Notes under the pieces: generated by a model | Seen by the model: the letters and a program-made list of their open reading frames with translations, nothing else | What the model was told of the DNA's origin: nothing | Databases searched by the model: none | DNA from: Selaginella moellendorffii | Taxonomy: Eukaryota; Plantae; Lycopodiophyta | Reading direction: 5' to 3' | Assembly (NCBI RefSeq): GCF_000143415.4 | Contig: NW_003314274.1 | Coordinates: forward strand, 2,338,623 to 2,402,622 | DNA: 64,000 nt | Part shown: positions 1-12,447 of the stretch, in pieces | Layout of the letters: the number at the start of each line of letters is the position of its first letter | Numbering within the stretch: position 1 is the first letter of the stretch | Made by a program: the position numbers and the translations under genes

Positions 1-2354
1 CTACAGTTGAGATACGAATTTTGCTGGACGATGGAAGCCCAAACCTCCTAACGAAGAGCCTGGAAGGGAGACCCGAACAGGTATTGTATGCACGTCGAGC
101 TCGTAAAACTCAATTGCCTTTTTTGAATTTCAAGGTTATCGGACTTCAAGGAGGTGCATTATTGGGTGTAGCCTATAAGCTCCCTCGGATGTCAATCGTT
201 CCTAGCTCATCGACATTTTCTACCCTTGAGGATATGGGAAGGACAACGATCGCAGAAACTTCTGCAAATTTCGTGCTTTACAGGTACTGGTTGCAGTGTT
301 AGTATTTAGTTAGTATAACAATGCATCGCTCTTTTCAGCTGGGAGACGTTCAAGCCTATCAGCGGCATGCTCCCTCAGCCTGAGTGGTCTGCTTGGGATC
401 AAACTGTGGAGTATTGCGCTCTTGCATATCAACGTCACGTTGTTATTTCGTCTCTACGTCCTCAGTATCGCTATCTCGGTAATGTAGCAATTGCAGGCGC
501 CACTGGTGGTGTATGGCATCGTCGGCAACTTTTTATTGCTACACCAACAACTATCGAGTCAGTTTGTGTATTCTATGAATGCACATCTGACTTTTATTTT
601 TATTTTTTTTTTCGTGCAGGTGTGTGTTCGTCGATGCGGGAGTAAGTGCCATTGATGTTGAAAGAATGAAGAGGAAGGAAGAGATGAAAAATCGTGCAGC
701 TCAGGGAGCCTCCACGGCAGAGCACGGGGAGCTTGCTTTGTTGACAGTGGACGCTCCAAAATCTTCATCACAGGATCGAATTGCTCTTCGACCACCTATG
801 TTACAGGTACGTTGATTGTTGGCCTAAGTTGCTCGTTAAATTTATTTCTCTTGCAGGTTGTCCGACTTGCTTCATTCCACACTGCTCCTTCGATTGCACC
901 GTTTGTATTCACCAAGCACACCAAAGGGGAGGTCGAGGCCACCGGCAGCCAAAAGGATTTGGAAGACAAGAAAGTTGCAGACGTTGCGATAGGCGGAGGT
1001 GGCGTCGCTGTAGCCGTATCAAGATTACCTATAGAGCAGAAGCGTCCTGTAGGACCTCTGGTGGTGGTGGGAGTCCGAGATGGCGTCCTTTGGATTGTTG
1101 ACAGGTAACTGGATTGCATACATTTAACGGAGCGTAACTTGAGTATGGACGTGCACTTGTCCTACAGGTTCATGGTTGCCCACGCGATATGGCTTAGTCA
1201 TCCTGGTATCCGCTGCCGATGTCTTGCTGCTCACGGAGACGCTGTTAGCGCTGTGAAATGGTACGTTTTTCTGCATGATAGTACTTACTTTACCGGCATT
1301 TTATGTTTGCAGGGCTTTCAGGCTTGGACGAGAGCACCATGACGACCTTGCTCAATTTATGCTAGGCATGGGATATGCTACTGAAGCTTTACATCTGCCG
1401 GGCATTTCGAAGAGGTTTAGCACTTACATTTGGTTCTTTTGTTGAGTGAGTTCCTGTTCTGTAGGCTGGAGTATGAGCTCGCGATGCAGAGTGGGGATTT
1501 AAAGAGAGCTTTGCAATGCCTCGTCACGCTAAGCAATAGCAAAACTCTTGGACAAGAAGCTGATGCAGTCAGTCTCGCCTTGACAACGAAGGAGAAAACA
1601 AGCGACGCTTTACAAGGCATTGTGAAGTTCTCTAAGGAGTTTCTTGAGCTGGTAGATGCCGCCGATGCCACCGCACAATCTGAGATCTCAACTGAAGCGC
1701 TGAAGAAGCTGGCAGTGGCTGGTGCGGTCGAAGGTGCTCTAGATCCTACCGTTCTTCGAGCACTGTCTCTGAGGCTTGCTGCACACGGAGAGATGACCCG
1801 TTTAGCGGTAAAGCTTTATACTTCTTTTCGGTTTTATTGCTCGATATCTGATCGCCTTGCCAATGCAGCTACTGGTGAACAGCATGATGGGAGCAGGCCA
1901 TGGTCGGGAAGCAGCCATTGCAGCCGCACTTCTAGGAGATCCTGCTATATCAGAAAAGGCATGGCAAGAGACAGGCATGATCGCAGAAGCGACACTTCAC
2001 GCATATGTAAGTAACTGGCCTCTCCTCCAACAAATTCCAAATGTCTTATGGTTTCATTCACAGGCTCACGGAAGGCCGTCCTTGAAGTCACTGCTTGAGC
2101 GCTGGAACCGCATGCTACAACTGGAGCAGGAGATACGCCCGACCGAGCTGCTCTCCATGGAGAAGGAAGCGGTGCTGGAAAACCTGGCAGAGCCGACGAA
2201 GAAGGCAGCAATTGAGATTGTTCCGCCGGGTCTTGTGGCTTCGACGCAGCAAAAGAAAGCAGCACTATCAACAGCGGCAGCAGCGGCAACTCCGGTTCTC
2301 ATGTTGGAGGCTCCTCCTCTCCGTGCTCCAGCTCCACAAACGGTTGCAAGTTAA
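1..2354 (+). CDS. TWD40-2: TPLATE-complex WD40 protein TWD40-2-like, multi-exon, 5' end outside the window
   Basis: Spliced exons give WETFKPISGMLPQPEWSAWDQTVEYCALAYQ, YLGNVAIAGATGGVWHRRQLF, RGPVLVVGVRDGVLW-like and GHGREAAIAAALLGD...EKAWQETGMIAEA, which match my recollection of plant TWD40-2. GT-AG introns of about 50-60 bp. Stop TAA at 2352-2354. Confidence 0.8.
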
Positions 2355-2504
2355 AGGTCCGACGTCACAGCAGCAGGGAATCGACGACAGGAACCACTTC
2401 TCCAAGTTTTCAGGGTCTTCGTGCCTTTGGAGCATGACAACGAGGGTGCCAAGTGGCGGAGGGCCATGGTTTTAGGGTGTCAGACGAAAGGACAGGTCAC
2501 CGCT

Positions 2505-4254
2505 ATGAGCAGGAGGACAATGCTTCACGCGGCAGTGATGCGGTATCTTTCCAACGTCACAAGCGGTGCCAGTTCTCCATCGCCCTCTTCTATCTCCGGT
2601 AGTTTTCGCAAGAGCTCGAGATCATTGGCTCCAAGTTTCGGGCTTCCGGGTTCCAGTCCACGGGTGTTGGGTGCCAGCTCTGGATTGTCTATTGTCAGTC
2701 CTTGGAGTTTTGGATTACTGGGCATTGAGCAGCGGAGGCATTTTGCGGCTTCTTCAGCTCCCGACACTCCTGCTGCCAGTGATCCCGAGGTTCCGGCGAG
2801 TGTGATCAGTAGTACCAGCAAAGAGTTGTGGGAAAGCGTCAAGGAGATGAGCGCTGAGGCGTCCAACTACACAAAGCAGACGGTGATCCCCAGCTTGCAG
2901 CAGTGGCTGGATCCAACGTCTCCCTACACAATGCAAGGCTTGATTCCTACCACCCTCGCGCTCGCCTCGTGCGCAGCGGCATGGCTTGTGCTCCCGAGAG
3001 TTCTTCGTCGGCTCCACAAGTACGTGGAGGAAGGGCCTACGACTAGTTTGCTTGGAAAGTCGGAGAAACACCCGTACGAGATGAGTATGTGGGCAGCACT
3101 GGAAGATCCAACGCGCCTTTTCCTCACGCTCGTAGCCTTCTCTCAGCTGTAAGTTGTTTTCTTTTGCTTGATCTTGTTGAGGGACTCGATTTTTTCTGTT
3201 CAGGGGAGCACTGGTCGCACCGACCACCGTCGTATCCCATTTGGAACTGGCGTGGCGAGGAGGACTATTGCTCAGCGGGCTGTGGTTCCTCCACAGATGG
3301 AAGAGTGTATTTTTCTCTCGCCTCCTCGTCGGAAAGGCGTCTAGCAAGGAGGAGCTCGAGCGTTATCTGGTCTTGGACAAGGTTTCATCGATTGGTATAA
3401 TTGTGCTGGGAGCCATGGCTCTGGCTGAGGCATCTGGCGTTCCCCTCCAATCTGTTCTGACCGTCGGAGGGATTGGAGGTGAGTTGTTAGAGTACTATAA
3501 GTCTTTCCTCGTTTCTATGCCAACCTTCTAACTCAAGTTTCCTGTGACACGCAGGTATAGCAACAGCATTCGCAGCCCGTGACGTTCTTGGAAATGCACT
3601 GAGTGGTATAATTCTCCAGTTCATCAAGCCATTCTCCGTGGGGGATTATATCACCGTAAGTTGCACTCTTTTTGGCTCCGTTTCTTGTAACACGAGAGCT
3701 CCTTGCAGGCTGGAAACATCGACGGACAGATCGTCAAAATGGGACTCCATTCGACAACGCTGTTGAACACAGACAAGATTCCCATGATGGTTCCAAACTC
3801 GTTCTTCTCCAGCCAGGTTTGTTTCTCTGCCTGTTGGTTCGCTAAACAATACTGGCCTTCTTCTAGGTGATTGTCAACAAGTCTCGCTGTCCAAAGCAGG
3901 CAATTAAGTCGCGGATTTACATCCGGTGCTCGGACATCGACAAGGTTCCCGTGATCACAGACGAGGTCGTAGAGCTCCTCAAGACTCATCCCAAGATCTT
4001 GTCCGAACAGGATAGCCCTCTTTGCTACCTCTCCAAGACGGCCCCGACTCATCTCGAGCTCACATTCTCTTGCGACATCCAATCTTTGGTTAGTGAGCCA
4101 ACTCAAATGATCTCCTTGCCCAAGCTTCTAGTTGACATCCTTGTTTCCTTGATGGCAGAACAAACGCGAAGTGTTGGCCCTGGAGCAGGAACTTCTGGTG
4201 AGAGCAGCAGAGGTGGTCCGAAAATCTGGTGCCGCTCTTGGAGCTCCCGCTTAA
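2505..4254 (+). CDS. MSL1: Mechanosensitive channel MscS-like (MSL1-type, probably mitochondrial), multi-exon
   Basis: Ser/Arg-rich presequence, then ALAEASGVPLQSVLTVGGIGG|IATAFAARDVLGNALSG...KPFSVGDYI..AGNIDGQIVKMGLHSTTLLN..VPNSFFSSQVIVNKSR (MscS domain). Stop TAA at 4252-4254. Confidence 0.85.
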
Positions 4255-5718
4255 AAAGCTTCTTCCACCCGAATCAATGCCTCATATTCCTGCTGCTCGT
4301 TTTGGTTTTCACCATCGATTTGATGGATTGTAAGTACAAACGTTTGAAGGTTTTGTTTGCTCCATGGTCAAAGATGAAACAGCTCCTTGTCACGCGATGT
4401 TCTTCCTGTTTGAAACAATATAGGAGTCCCTCCTTGTCCTCGTGTCCGCCATCGTCTAAATCAATGAGTAGATCGCGGTTGGCGAACTACAGCCAAATGG
4501 CCAGCTATGAAAGGAAAAAAGTATACTTATTCATGCAACTAAAAGGAACTTAAACATCAAGACAACGATTTTAGCCATTGTAGTTTTGCTAAACCTCGGA
4601 CGTGAAGAAAATAGAATGAAATAATCCAATGCCACAGGACACCTCCCGTGGCCTCCACTACAATAGCCACGGCATCTTCCTAATCCTGGGAATCTAAATC
4701 ATAGAAGCAACGCATGTGGAAAATAAATACTCGTACATGGCGAGCCAACGAAGGAAAGAGCAAAACCATTGCCTGTCAATTCATTGTATCCTTATAGGTC
4801 TTCTCATGAGATTTTCACGCCCAGTCTTCACAAACAACACAGTTCGTCGCGGTTGTGATTGACAGCCACCTTGTTTTGGAACTCAGGAAGAATTTTCAAC
4901 TTTTCATATTACAATCAAAATTATGCTCACAAGGTGTGGACTCAAATAAAGTTTGTAGCAAGTACATGATTTCTACACATTCTACAAGTAATCAGGATGA
5001 CCTCTAATCTTTTTCTATCTAGCATGAATTGGAAATCTTTTAAGTTTAAATCTATCTTCAAGATCTTTCACATCAACTTGAAGCACCTTATATATTTTGT
5101 TGCCCTTCATCACCTAACGAATGAGTGCTATCATCACCATCTTACTCAATTGGAATTTGCTTCCCACATTTTCTTTTTTGTATAAGCTGGTATCTTCTAT
5201 AGCTGAAGATCAAGTATAAAGTCTGCCTTTCAATATTATACTTGCACTCTTACTTACTTGAAACGCATAGAAGTTTTTTGTATTTTACACTCGACAACCT
5301 TATCAGGCGTGTGTGTACGAATGTCACATCCACTGTGAGAACCTGGCAATTAGTAGCCCTATATATCCATTAACAATCTTGCGCACAACCCATTAAAGGA
5401 ATTCCTTAGAACACGCTAGGAACTCCTTCATAATGGCATAGTTTCATAATTTAATGTTTACAAAAAATTATTATTAACGAATGTTTATGTGAAAAAAATA
5501 GCATCTAAAAAGTTAAATCAAGAAATGCTTAGGACGCTATCTACATCATGCATACTGTTTCCGTCTCTGGCAAAGCTCTCCAGCTTTCTGAAGAGCACAC
5601 GACCACAGCATTTGAACACATTTACAACATCAAACTCATTCATTCAAATATACTATATTCATGCATTCACTCATATTAGACCATATTAACCTTCAAAGGG
5701 AACATTTGCGCATTATAC

Positions 5719-7086
5719 CTATTGCGTAGCACCAGTATCAGCTCCGGCCCCCCGTTCCTGTGTAAACACACGTTGTCAAGTCGTAGAAAAGTTAAAACAG
5801 CAGCGCCTTACCTCTATGATTGACGCCATAGCATGGAGACGCGGAAGGGACGGGGCCATGACAATAGGCCACTTTCCTTTGTACCATGCCAAGTCGTCCG
5901 CCCACGGACACAAGGAAGAACGATAGTGCAGGAAGTTGTGCTGCACCAAGCTGTGGAGAGCCACCCTCGAAATGACTTTGGAATCGATGAGGTACTGCAC
6001 AGAGACGACACCACCCTCAGCCCGTGACAGTTCCGTCAACACTCCTTCGTACTCTTTGACGCTCCAGCCCGGTTCTTCCATATTCCATTTGCTTTGAACC
6101 TCCATAGGTTTGAAGCCCTTTTCAACGTCAAGGCGAGTTGCATCCGCCAGTATCTTGCACTCGGACGCCCATGCTTTTCGTAAGAGAGACTCGTCCTCCA
6201 GATACCAAGTCAGATTCTCCGCCAGCCTCTTCAAGAGCAACGTTCTTCCACCAACAAAAGAAAACATCTTCTTCCACAAATCCTCTGGAAACTTGTATCC
6301 ATCAGCACCCCAACCGTCACGGACTGCCATCAGGAAAAATTCCCGAGCCTGCTCCTCAGTAAGGTCACCAACCACCCTCAACTGATACCTTTCAGCGCCA
6401 ACACACAAGTCAAGCCAGAATTTAAAGAAGTCTTCTGAGGTGCAGAGAATCACATTGGCCTCCTGGCGCTCTTTCGTAACCATGATGAAATATGCGATCA
6501 AGGTCCTCAGGTGTTCTAGCTCCTCCGGTGAGAGGCTCCACTCGTGGAGTCTGTTTGCCTCGTCAATGATCAAGGTCGGGAAGCCCCCGTCTTTGCCAGG
6601 CATAAATCGTCGTGCTCTTGTTCTCCAAGAGAATAGGAGGCCGTGGATGCTTTTCAATAAAGCCGGCAAGTCTGTATCCGGAGTGCGCTCCACAGCTTGA
6701 ATGTGTGCGCTTAGCGCACCTGCAGACGCTCCAACAACGCCGGCAAAAGCGTCTACCTTTGAATCACCGACTTTGGGGATGTTCTTGGCAAACTCAGCCG
6801 CTGCTGCCAGAAAGGGACTCATCTGAGACTTGAGCTCCCTCGCAAAGCTGGCTGCAGTGCTGAATGTTCCGGCCCTCATGTTGATGTAGATAGGATGGCC
6901 TTGGCCAGTTACCTCCTGCCTCCTCGCAAACTCTGACACGAGAACGGACTTCCCCGAGTCTGGTGGACCAGTGATCAGCACCATACTACCTCTCTTGCAG
7001 AGCTTCGCCAGACCATCCAGCTCCACCTTCCTGTTGTAGAACAGGTTCTCAGCTTCGGCAACGCGCTGTAGGATCCTTCTCGCCAT
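5719..7086 (-). CDS. Stand-alone P-loop NTPase, archaeal-ATPase (ATPase_2/AAA_16)-like
   Basis: FYNRKVEL N-terminal motif, Walker A GPPDSGKS, Walker B TLIIDEAN, sensor VILCTSE, helical C-terminus with GGRT. One long exon plus a probable short last exon (GTAAG donor at about 5811, acceptor at about 5758, ERGAGADTGATQ*). Confidence 0.75.
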
Positions 7087-8699
7087 TCTGCCCTAAGGTC
7101 GGCCCTAGCCTGGACGTCTCAGATGCTTTGCATGCGTGCTGGTTATTTTGGTATATTCGCAGTTAAAAACAAGTGCATAGCAGTCGCTGTTAAAGTTTTT
7201 GTGGTGGTAATGTTCGAAAGCCACGAGATAGTGAGTACAAAATACACAATCATATTAGATAGCTTTTAATGCATAAGTTTAGATACCAGAATCTTTTGCT
7301 AGTTGTGGAAGAACCCCTTTTCTAAGTGGACTGTAGCATCATACATTTTCTCCAGAACTCGTCAAAGAGCTCATGGCAGATGGGCTGACATGATCAATAT
7401 GAGAATGTTTAACTTGATCTCTTCCTCTGTCATAACCTCTCCATCCTCTCCCTTGGTTGTCAAGAGAACACTGAGAAAAGGGCATGTCATTAGTTTGATC
7501 TTTCTCACTTATGTACCTCTTAAAAACATCTCACTGGTCCAACAGTTGTCTAGAGCTCCCTCTCCTCCTCCTCGTCTGAGATGCTTAAGAACAAGCTAAA
7601 GACAGCAGTGAACATGGCCTTTTCTACAATCAGATTAGCCTTCAACTTCCATCCAAAACTTGTTAACGTGTTCTTTGATGATCATGCTTGCCCTCTTCAC
7701 ATGGTATAAGATATGACAAAAGCTCTTTACCTTCTGACTCTTCACTAAGAACAACCACCATTATCTAGCCCAGTTTTGATATTTGTCTGGAGTTCAGCCC
7801 AAAGGCTACTCTCTAGAAACCTTGTTTTACCATGGTTTGGGATCTCACCTAATTGCACTTTGTATTGACTCTTGCTCAGAATGTGATGATTAATTCATGT
7901 CCCACAAGCCTATCATTGATCAAGGTCCTCCTGGGAAGAACATGTAGCTTGGATTGTTTACAGAGAGCACTTGGATGTGAGAAGATGTGTAGTTTATGTG
8001 ATGGAGTTGGCCTGGAAGTCTTGAGGGATTTGATTTCATAAACAACACAAATGAAATTTATAAAGCACAATAGATGATCGAGTTCTCTATTAAATTTATT
8101 TAATAATAAAAATTTGGAAGATTAAAATTCTATCAAAATTTTGAATCTCATCATGCTGTAGATTTCTTATAAATCATAAATTATTGAGATTATTCAAAAT
8201 GCATTGAGATTATATCATTAATAAATTCATTATATAAGATATACTTAAGGGGTATAGCAAGCAATTTATAATACCCCTCCCAAGAGTGAGGCATACATGG
8301 GGTGGTTGGCTTGGCAAAAAATTATCAAGCCTACAAGATATATAAAATAAAATACATATTTGTGACTTATAAAATAATATTTTAAACACAATTTTGTTTT
8401 ATTTTATGCATGCATTGATGGCTATTATGTATGCATGGAGTTAGTGTTACATATGTGATTTTTTGTGCTGCATAAATTTTGATTCCATGTTATATTTTAT
8501 GACACTTCAATAGAATTTAGATTTTGGGTTGGGGCTTGCAGGTGTAACATTTTTCTGCATGTGAACTAAATGTTTTCAAATGTTATAGGCTAAACTTGCC
8601 ATCACTATATGCTTGAAACACTCTTTTTGGTGAGGGTAATTAAAAACACTTTGTGAATGAATGGATTTGCAATGAATGAAGAAGTGAGTGCATGTCCTT

Positions 8700-9060
8700 A
8701 GGTGCCCTAGCCATATGGCTAGAATACTAGGTATCCAAATAGGAGTGCCAGCTACACTTAAATTGGGAGCATCAACCATTTGATCTCCCGATAGAGTTGA
8801 AGCCGGCTCTTGAACACTTCACCAAGTTACCCTGCTTGTTTATCAATATTCACTCTAACCTTAAATTCCTCAGTGGTTATATCATCATTCAATATATGGG
8901 TATAGCCTTCCTTGGTCACATTAGCCTTTTCTGGCCAAACTAGCTCCACTAGAGTCTTCCCCCTATTATATTTTTAAAGCTCACGAAACCCCCTAGGGTT
9001 TAGGAGGCAATTGTTTTGGGCTTTCACCCTCGAACTAAGACTCAAACTTGGTCTTGGTCA
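8700..9060. repeat. Left arm of a diverged long inverted repeat (partner at about 18230-18606)
   Basis: For example ggctcttgaacacttcaccaag (about 8805) and ttgggctttcaccctc (about 9016) are reverse complements of cttggtgaagtgttcaagagcc (about 18462) and gagggtgaaagcccaa (about 18256). Confidence 0.75.
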
Positions 9061-9945
9061 CCAAACCTCTCAAGGTTTGGGAGATAATTGCTTTGGGCTT
9101 TCACCCTTAGACTCAGTCTCAGTCTTGGTCTTGGTCTCAATATATCAAGATCCTAATCACATACATCTTTGTGAATTTTCATCCAAAAGCTCTTACACCC
9201 CTAAAGCACATGTGTGCCACCTTTGCCCTCCTTTATGATTGTTGAAGTATGTGTATAAAACAAGTAATACTTGGCCCTAAATACCCTCTAAAGTCTTATG
9301 TATCATTATCAAACACCAACCGACCATACACAAAGTACAACTGAGGAAAAGTGAGCTTGTTCCCTTAAATATGGATGCAAAGTCTATACACTTTGAGCTG
9401 GGCCACACTTATGCACACTTCTAATACTCTAAATCTGAAAAAACATGTGTTTCATATTTACCTAGAAAGTTTCAAGGGGGTTGCAACCCCAATTTGTGTG
9501 TTGTTGGCCAGTTGCAAGAAATCAACATTAATGTTGTCTCAATAGATGACAAAGAGAGTGTGGTGGTGTTGGAGAAGATGGATAGGGTCCAAATAGACCA
9601 TATGATAAACTTCGTTTGTTCACATGAGTGCCTCCTCTATGGCTATAACATTCATATTGTGAGACACAAATCTCTAAGCCCCAAAGTGGAGCCAAAAGAG
9701 TGCCACGTGATAGTGGCCGAAGTGAAAGCCAAACGAGCATAACATGTTTGGACTAAAAGCTTCGATTTGAAAGGTCGAGAGTGGGAGTGGAACTCCCAAT
9801 GAAGTGCTCAAGGAAGAAGCATAAAGCGAGCAATAAGTGAGTCTCTAGAAAACAGACACAAGAGGACCAACACATGACACGTGGAAGAGTCTGAGATGGA
9901 GTTCGAGATGGACTTGAGATGGAGTCTGAGATGGACCCGAGATGG

Positions 9946-10869
9946 TGTAGCGCACCTGAATTTGGAGCTGAACTCCAAGCCCGTTGCACTACAAAACGAG
10001 GGTCCAATACAATCCCATGAGCACCAGCTCCCCGTATCCAGCAGTAGCATGCAAAATGGTGTCAGACGGAGTCTGGCACAATTTTGGCATACCAGTGGCC
10101 TAACGCGAGGAGGAGGGTACCCCACTGACTAGAGCAATTGGAGCTTGGGCTTAGACCCAAGCCAAACGCAGAACAAGGAGCGACACAATCCAGCAGGAGC
10201 CAACTAATGTCTTAGATGGTCGGACATGCATTCCAACTACTATCCCTACTATACATTTGGAACCCCCCACAGGACCCAACCCCCGCCCCCCCCCCCTGAG
10301 GGACACACACTTTGGGCTTTCACCCCAAGCCTCCCTTAGTAGCAGGAGTTAGTCTCTGGGACAAATCCAAAACTTACCAAATATGGAATGGTGCTAGATT
10401 GCAAATTTGGACACGGGACGAACACCATTGTGTTCAGGCCAATCTTTACATTCTGTAGATATGCCAAATGAGCAAATCTAGACACTTTCCATAAATAGCA
10501 TTTGGGACCGGAATGAGACTAACTCAAAGGGCATGATAGCAAGGGTGTTTGGCAGACACGGTAAGCTATCATTTAGCGAATATTGAGGGATTAGTCTCAA
10601 TATCGTGGGGGTTCCTAACACTAGCAAATGCAAGTCGAGTTTCTCGTCACCATGTCAAGTATACTTGACTTAATGACAACTTAGGATTTCCTTCCTTAGT
10701 GCCTTTTTGGTCTAAGTGCACATGTGCTGACCAATTTCTCAACTAGCTTGGGTAGAGACCATAAGGGAACCAACAGTACTGATCTCCTGCCATTGTTGCA
10801 ATAAGGAGAGAGTGTCTGTAAGGACTAGCCGACAAGAACCTTTCGATACCCGAAGTCACATTCATGACA
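9946..10869 (-). repeat. 3' LTR of the Gypsy element
   Basis: Begins tgtagcgcacc after TSD GATGG, ends ...catgaca next to the PPT, homologous to 17025-17890. Confidence 0.92.
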
Positions 10870-11700
10870 CTCTCCCCCCCTTAGGGAAGATCAATGTCCT
10901 CGTCGATGTATACCTGAGTCTAGCAAACCATCAAGGAAACAACCCCAAAAGTTAACGGAAAGCACACTATGTGGGAAACACACCGACTTAAATGAGTTAT
11001 GGAATGACCTCTCCTCTACGTCCAAAGACGTTAAGACTCAAACACCCTTCGACTGTCACCGACAAGGAAATGACTTGCTGCTCCGAGTACCACTCGGCTT
11101 ACAAAGGAATGATACATCCCTGCCTGCAGGGATATAGGGAGAAGGCCAGAGGCCCAACTGCCCCTGAGCAAGAAATCAACCCTGTCGGGAAGATTTAGAC
11201 AACTATTATAAATTGGTAGATTAAGTTGTTTACACAACCACGCCCCTTTTCCAAAAGTGAGGCATCGAGAGAGAGGCAGGGACTTGTGATCAGTCTATAA
11301 TAGTTATCCCCATAGTTATGGATTGGACCCCTACACCGAAGTGCCAAAGTTAGCCTGCCAAAACTGACCGAAGTACAAATGAGCAAGAGAAATGACACGT
11401 TTGATTGAAAGAAATATATTACTTTATTAATTTGCAAGATTTATTACAAGGTTTACAAAAGCTATTGTTTATTACAATTCTCATACTCCATGACAAGTTT
11501 ACGAGTATATGTAAGATTCCTAAGAGGCTCCCAAGTTGATTTAGAAGATGGGTACCCTTTCCACTTAACTAAATATTCCTTGGTTCGACCACCATGTGCC
11601 TTACGGGACAAAAGGATAGCCTCAACCTCATACTCCGATTCACCATTAATAACATCTAGAGGTGGACGAACATCCCGAGAGCAGCCAAGATCCTTATGAT

Positions 11701-12294
11701 TGTAAGCAACCAAAGGGAACGACTTGAGAGACGATCCATGGGGTTCAAATATAGAGGGAAAGGGCCCATGAACAAGAGTGCACCCCCTTTTCCAATTGGT
11801 TAAGGGTCTTGGGATATTTGGGGTTAAGCGTCCTTGGGCTTGAATAGTACTGGGCTGGGTGACCTCCTGGGAAGTCCAAAACTTAGGAGCTTACATTTGG
11901 TATCAGAGAGGTCTCGGGTCCGACTCTGTTGGTTGGCTAAGGGAATCACACCACATGTTGATTGACATCTGGCTGGTCTAGTTTGCTCCCGCTAGGCTCG
12001 ACCCGAGGGGTAGGGTGTCAAGAGAGCGGGGTTCTCGGGAGAGCTGCGGCTCTCAGCTTCCGTTCACGAGGGCGTGAACTTGCAGGGAAGCGTGGTGGAT
12101 TGTAAGCAACCAAAGGGAACGACTTGAGAGACGATCCATGGGGTTCAAATATAGAGGGAAAGGGCCCATGAACAAGAGTGCACCCCCTTTTCCAATTGGT
12201 TAAGGGTCTTGGGATATTTGGGGTTAAGCGTCCTTGGGCTTGAATAGTACTGGGCTGGGTGACCTCCCGGGAAGTCCAAACTCAGGAGCTTACA
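11701..12294 (+). mobile_element. Cassandra-type TRIM (non-autonomous LTR element with 5S rRNA-derived LTR core), nested in the Gypsy element
   Basis: LTRs at 11701-11895 and 12101-12294 (TGTAAG...CTTACA) differ by 2 substitutions and 1 indel. TSD ATGAT at 11696-11700 and 12295-12299. PBS TGGTATCAGAG at 11898. Purine-rich tract before the second LTR. Non-coding internal region of 205 bp. Confidence 0.93.
11823..11877 (+). promoter_or_regulatory. 5S rRNA internal control region (A-box/IE/C-box) in Cassandra LTR1; second copy at 12223-12277
   Basis: GTTAAGCGTCCTTGGGCTTGAATAGTACTGGGCTGGGTGACCTCCTGGGAAGTCC aligns with the recalled plant 5S segment GTTAAGCGTGCTTGGGCGAGAGTAGTACTAGGATGGGTGACCTCCTGGGAAGTCC. 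Confidence 0.9.
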
Positions 12295-12347
12295 ATGATA
12301 TGGGGCCAGTAAACTGACATGAAACACATCATGAAGGCTGGACATCT

Positions 12348-12447
12348 CTTGTGGAATATCCAACTGATAGGATACATCACCAAGTCGTTTCAACACCCTT
12401 GTGGAATATCCAACTGATAGGATACATCACCAAGTCGTTTCAACACC
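12348..12447. repeat. Perfect 50-bp tandem duplication inside the Gypsy integrase C-terminus
   Basis: cttgtggaatatccaactgataggatacatcaccaagtcgtttcaacacc occurs twice in tandem. Confidence 0.9.

Noticed and set aside
7300-8070. Possible LINE or transposon remnant
   Set aside because: Too decayed; no diagnostic motif could be read with confidence.
11823-11877. 5S rRNA gene
   Set aside because: Only the internal 55 nt match 5S. The 5' and 3' ends are absent and the segment lies inside paired LTRs, so it is a Cassandra LTR core and not an rRNA gene.
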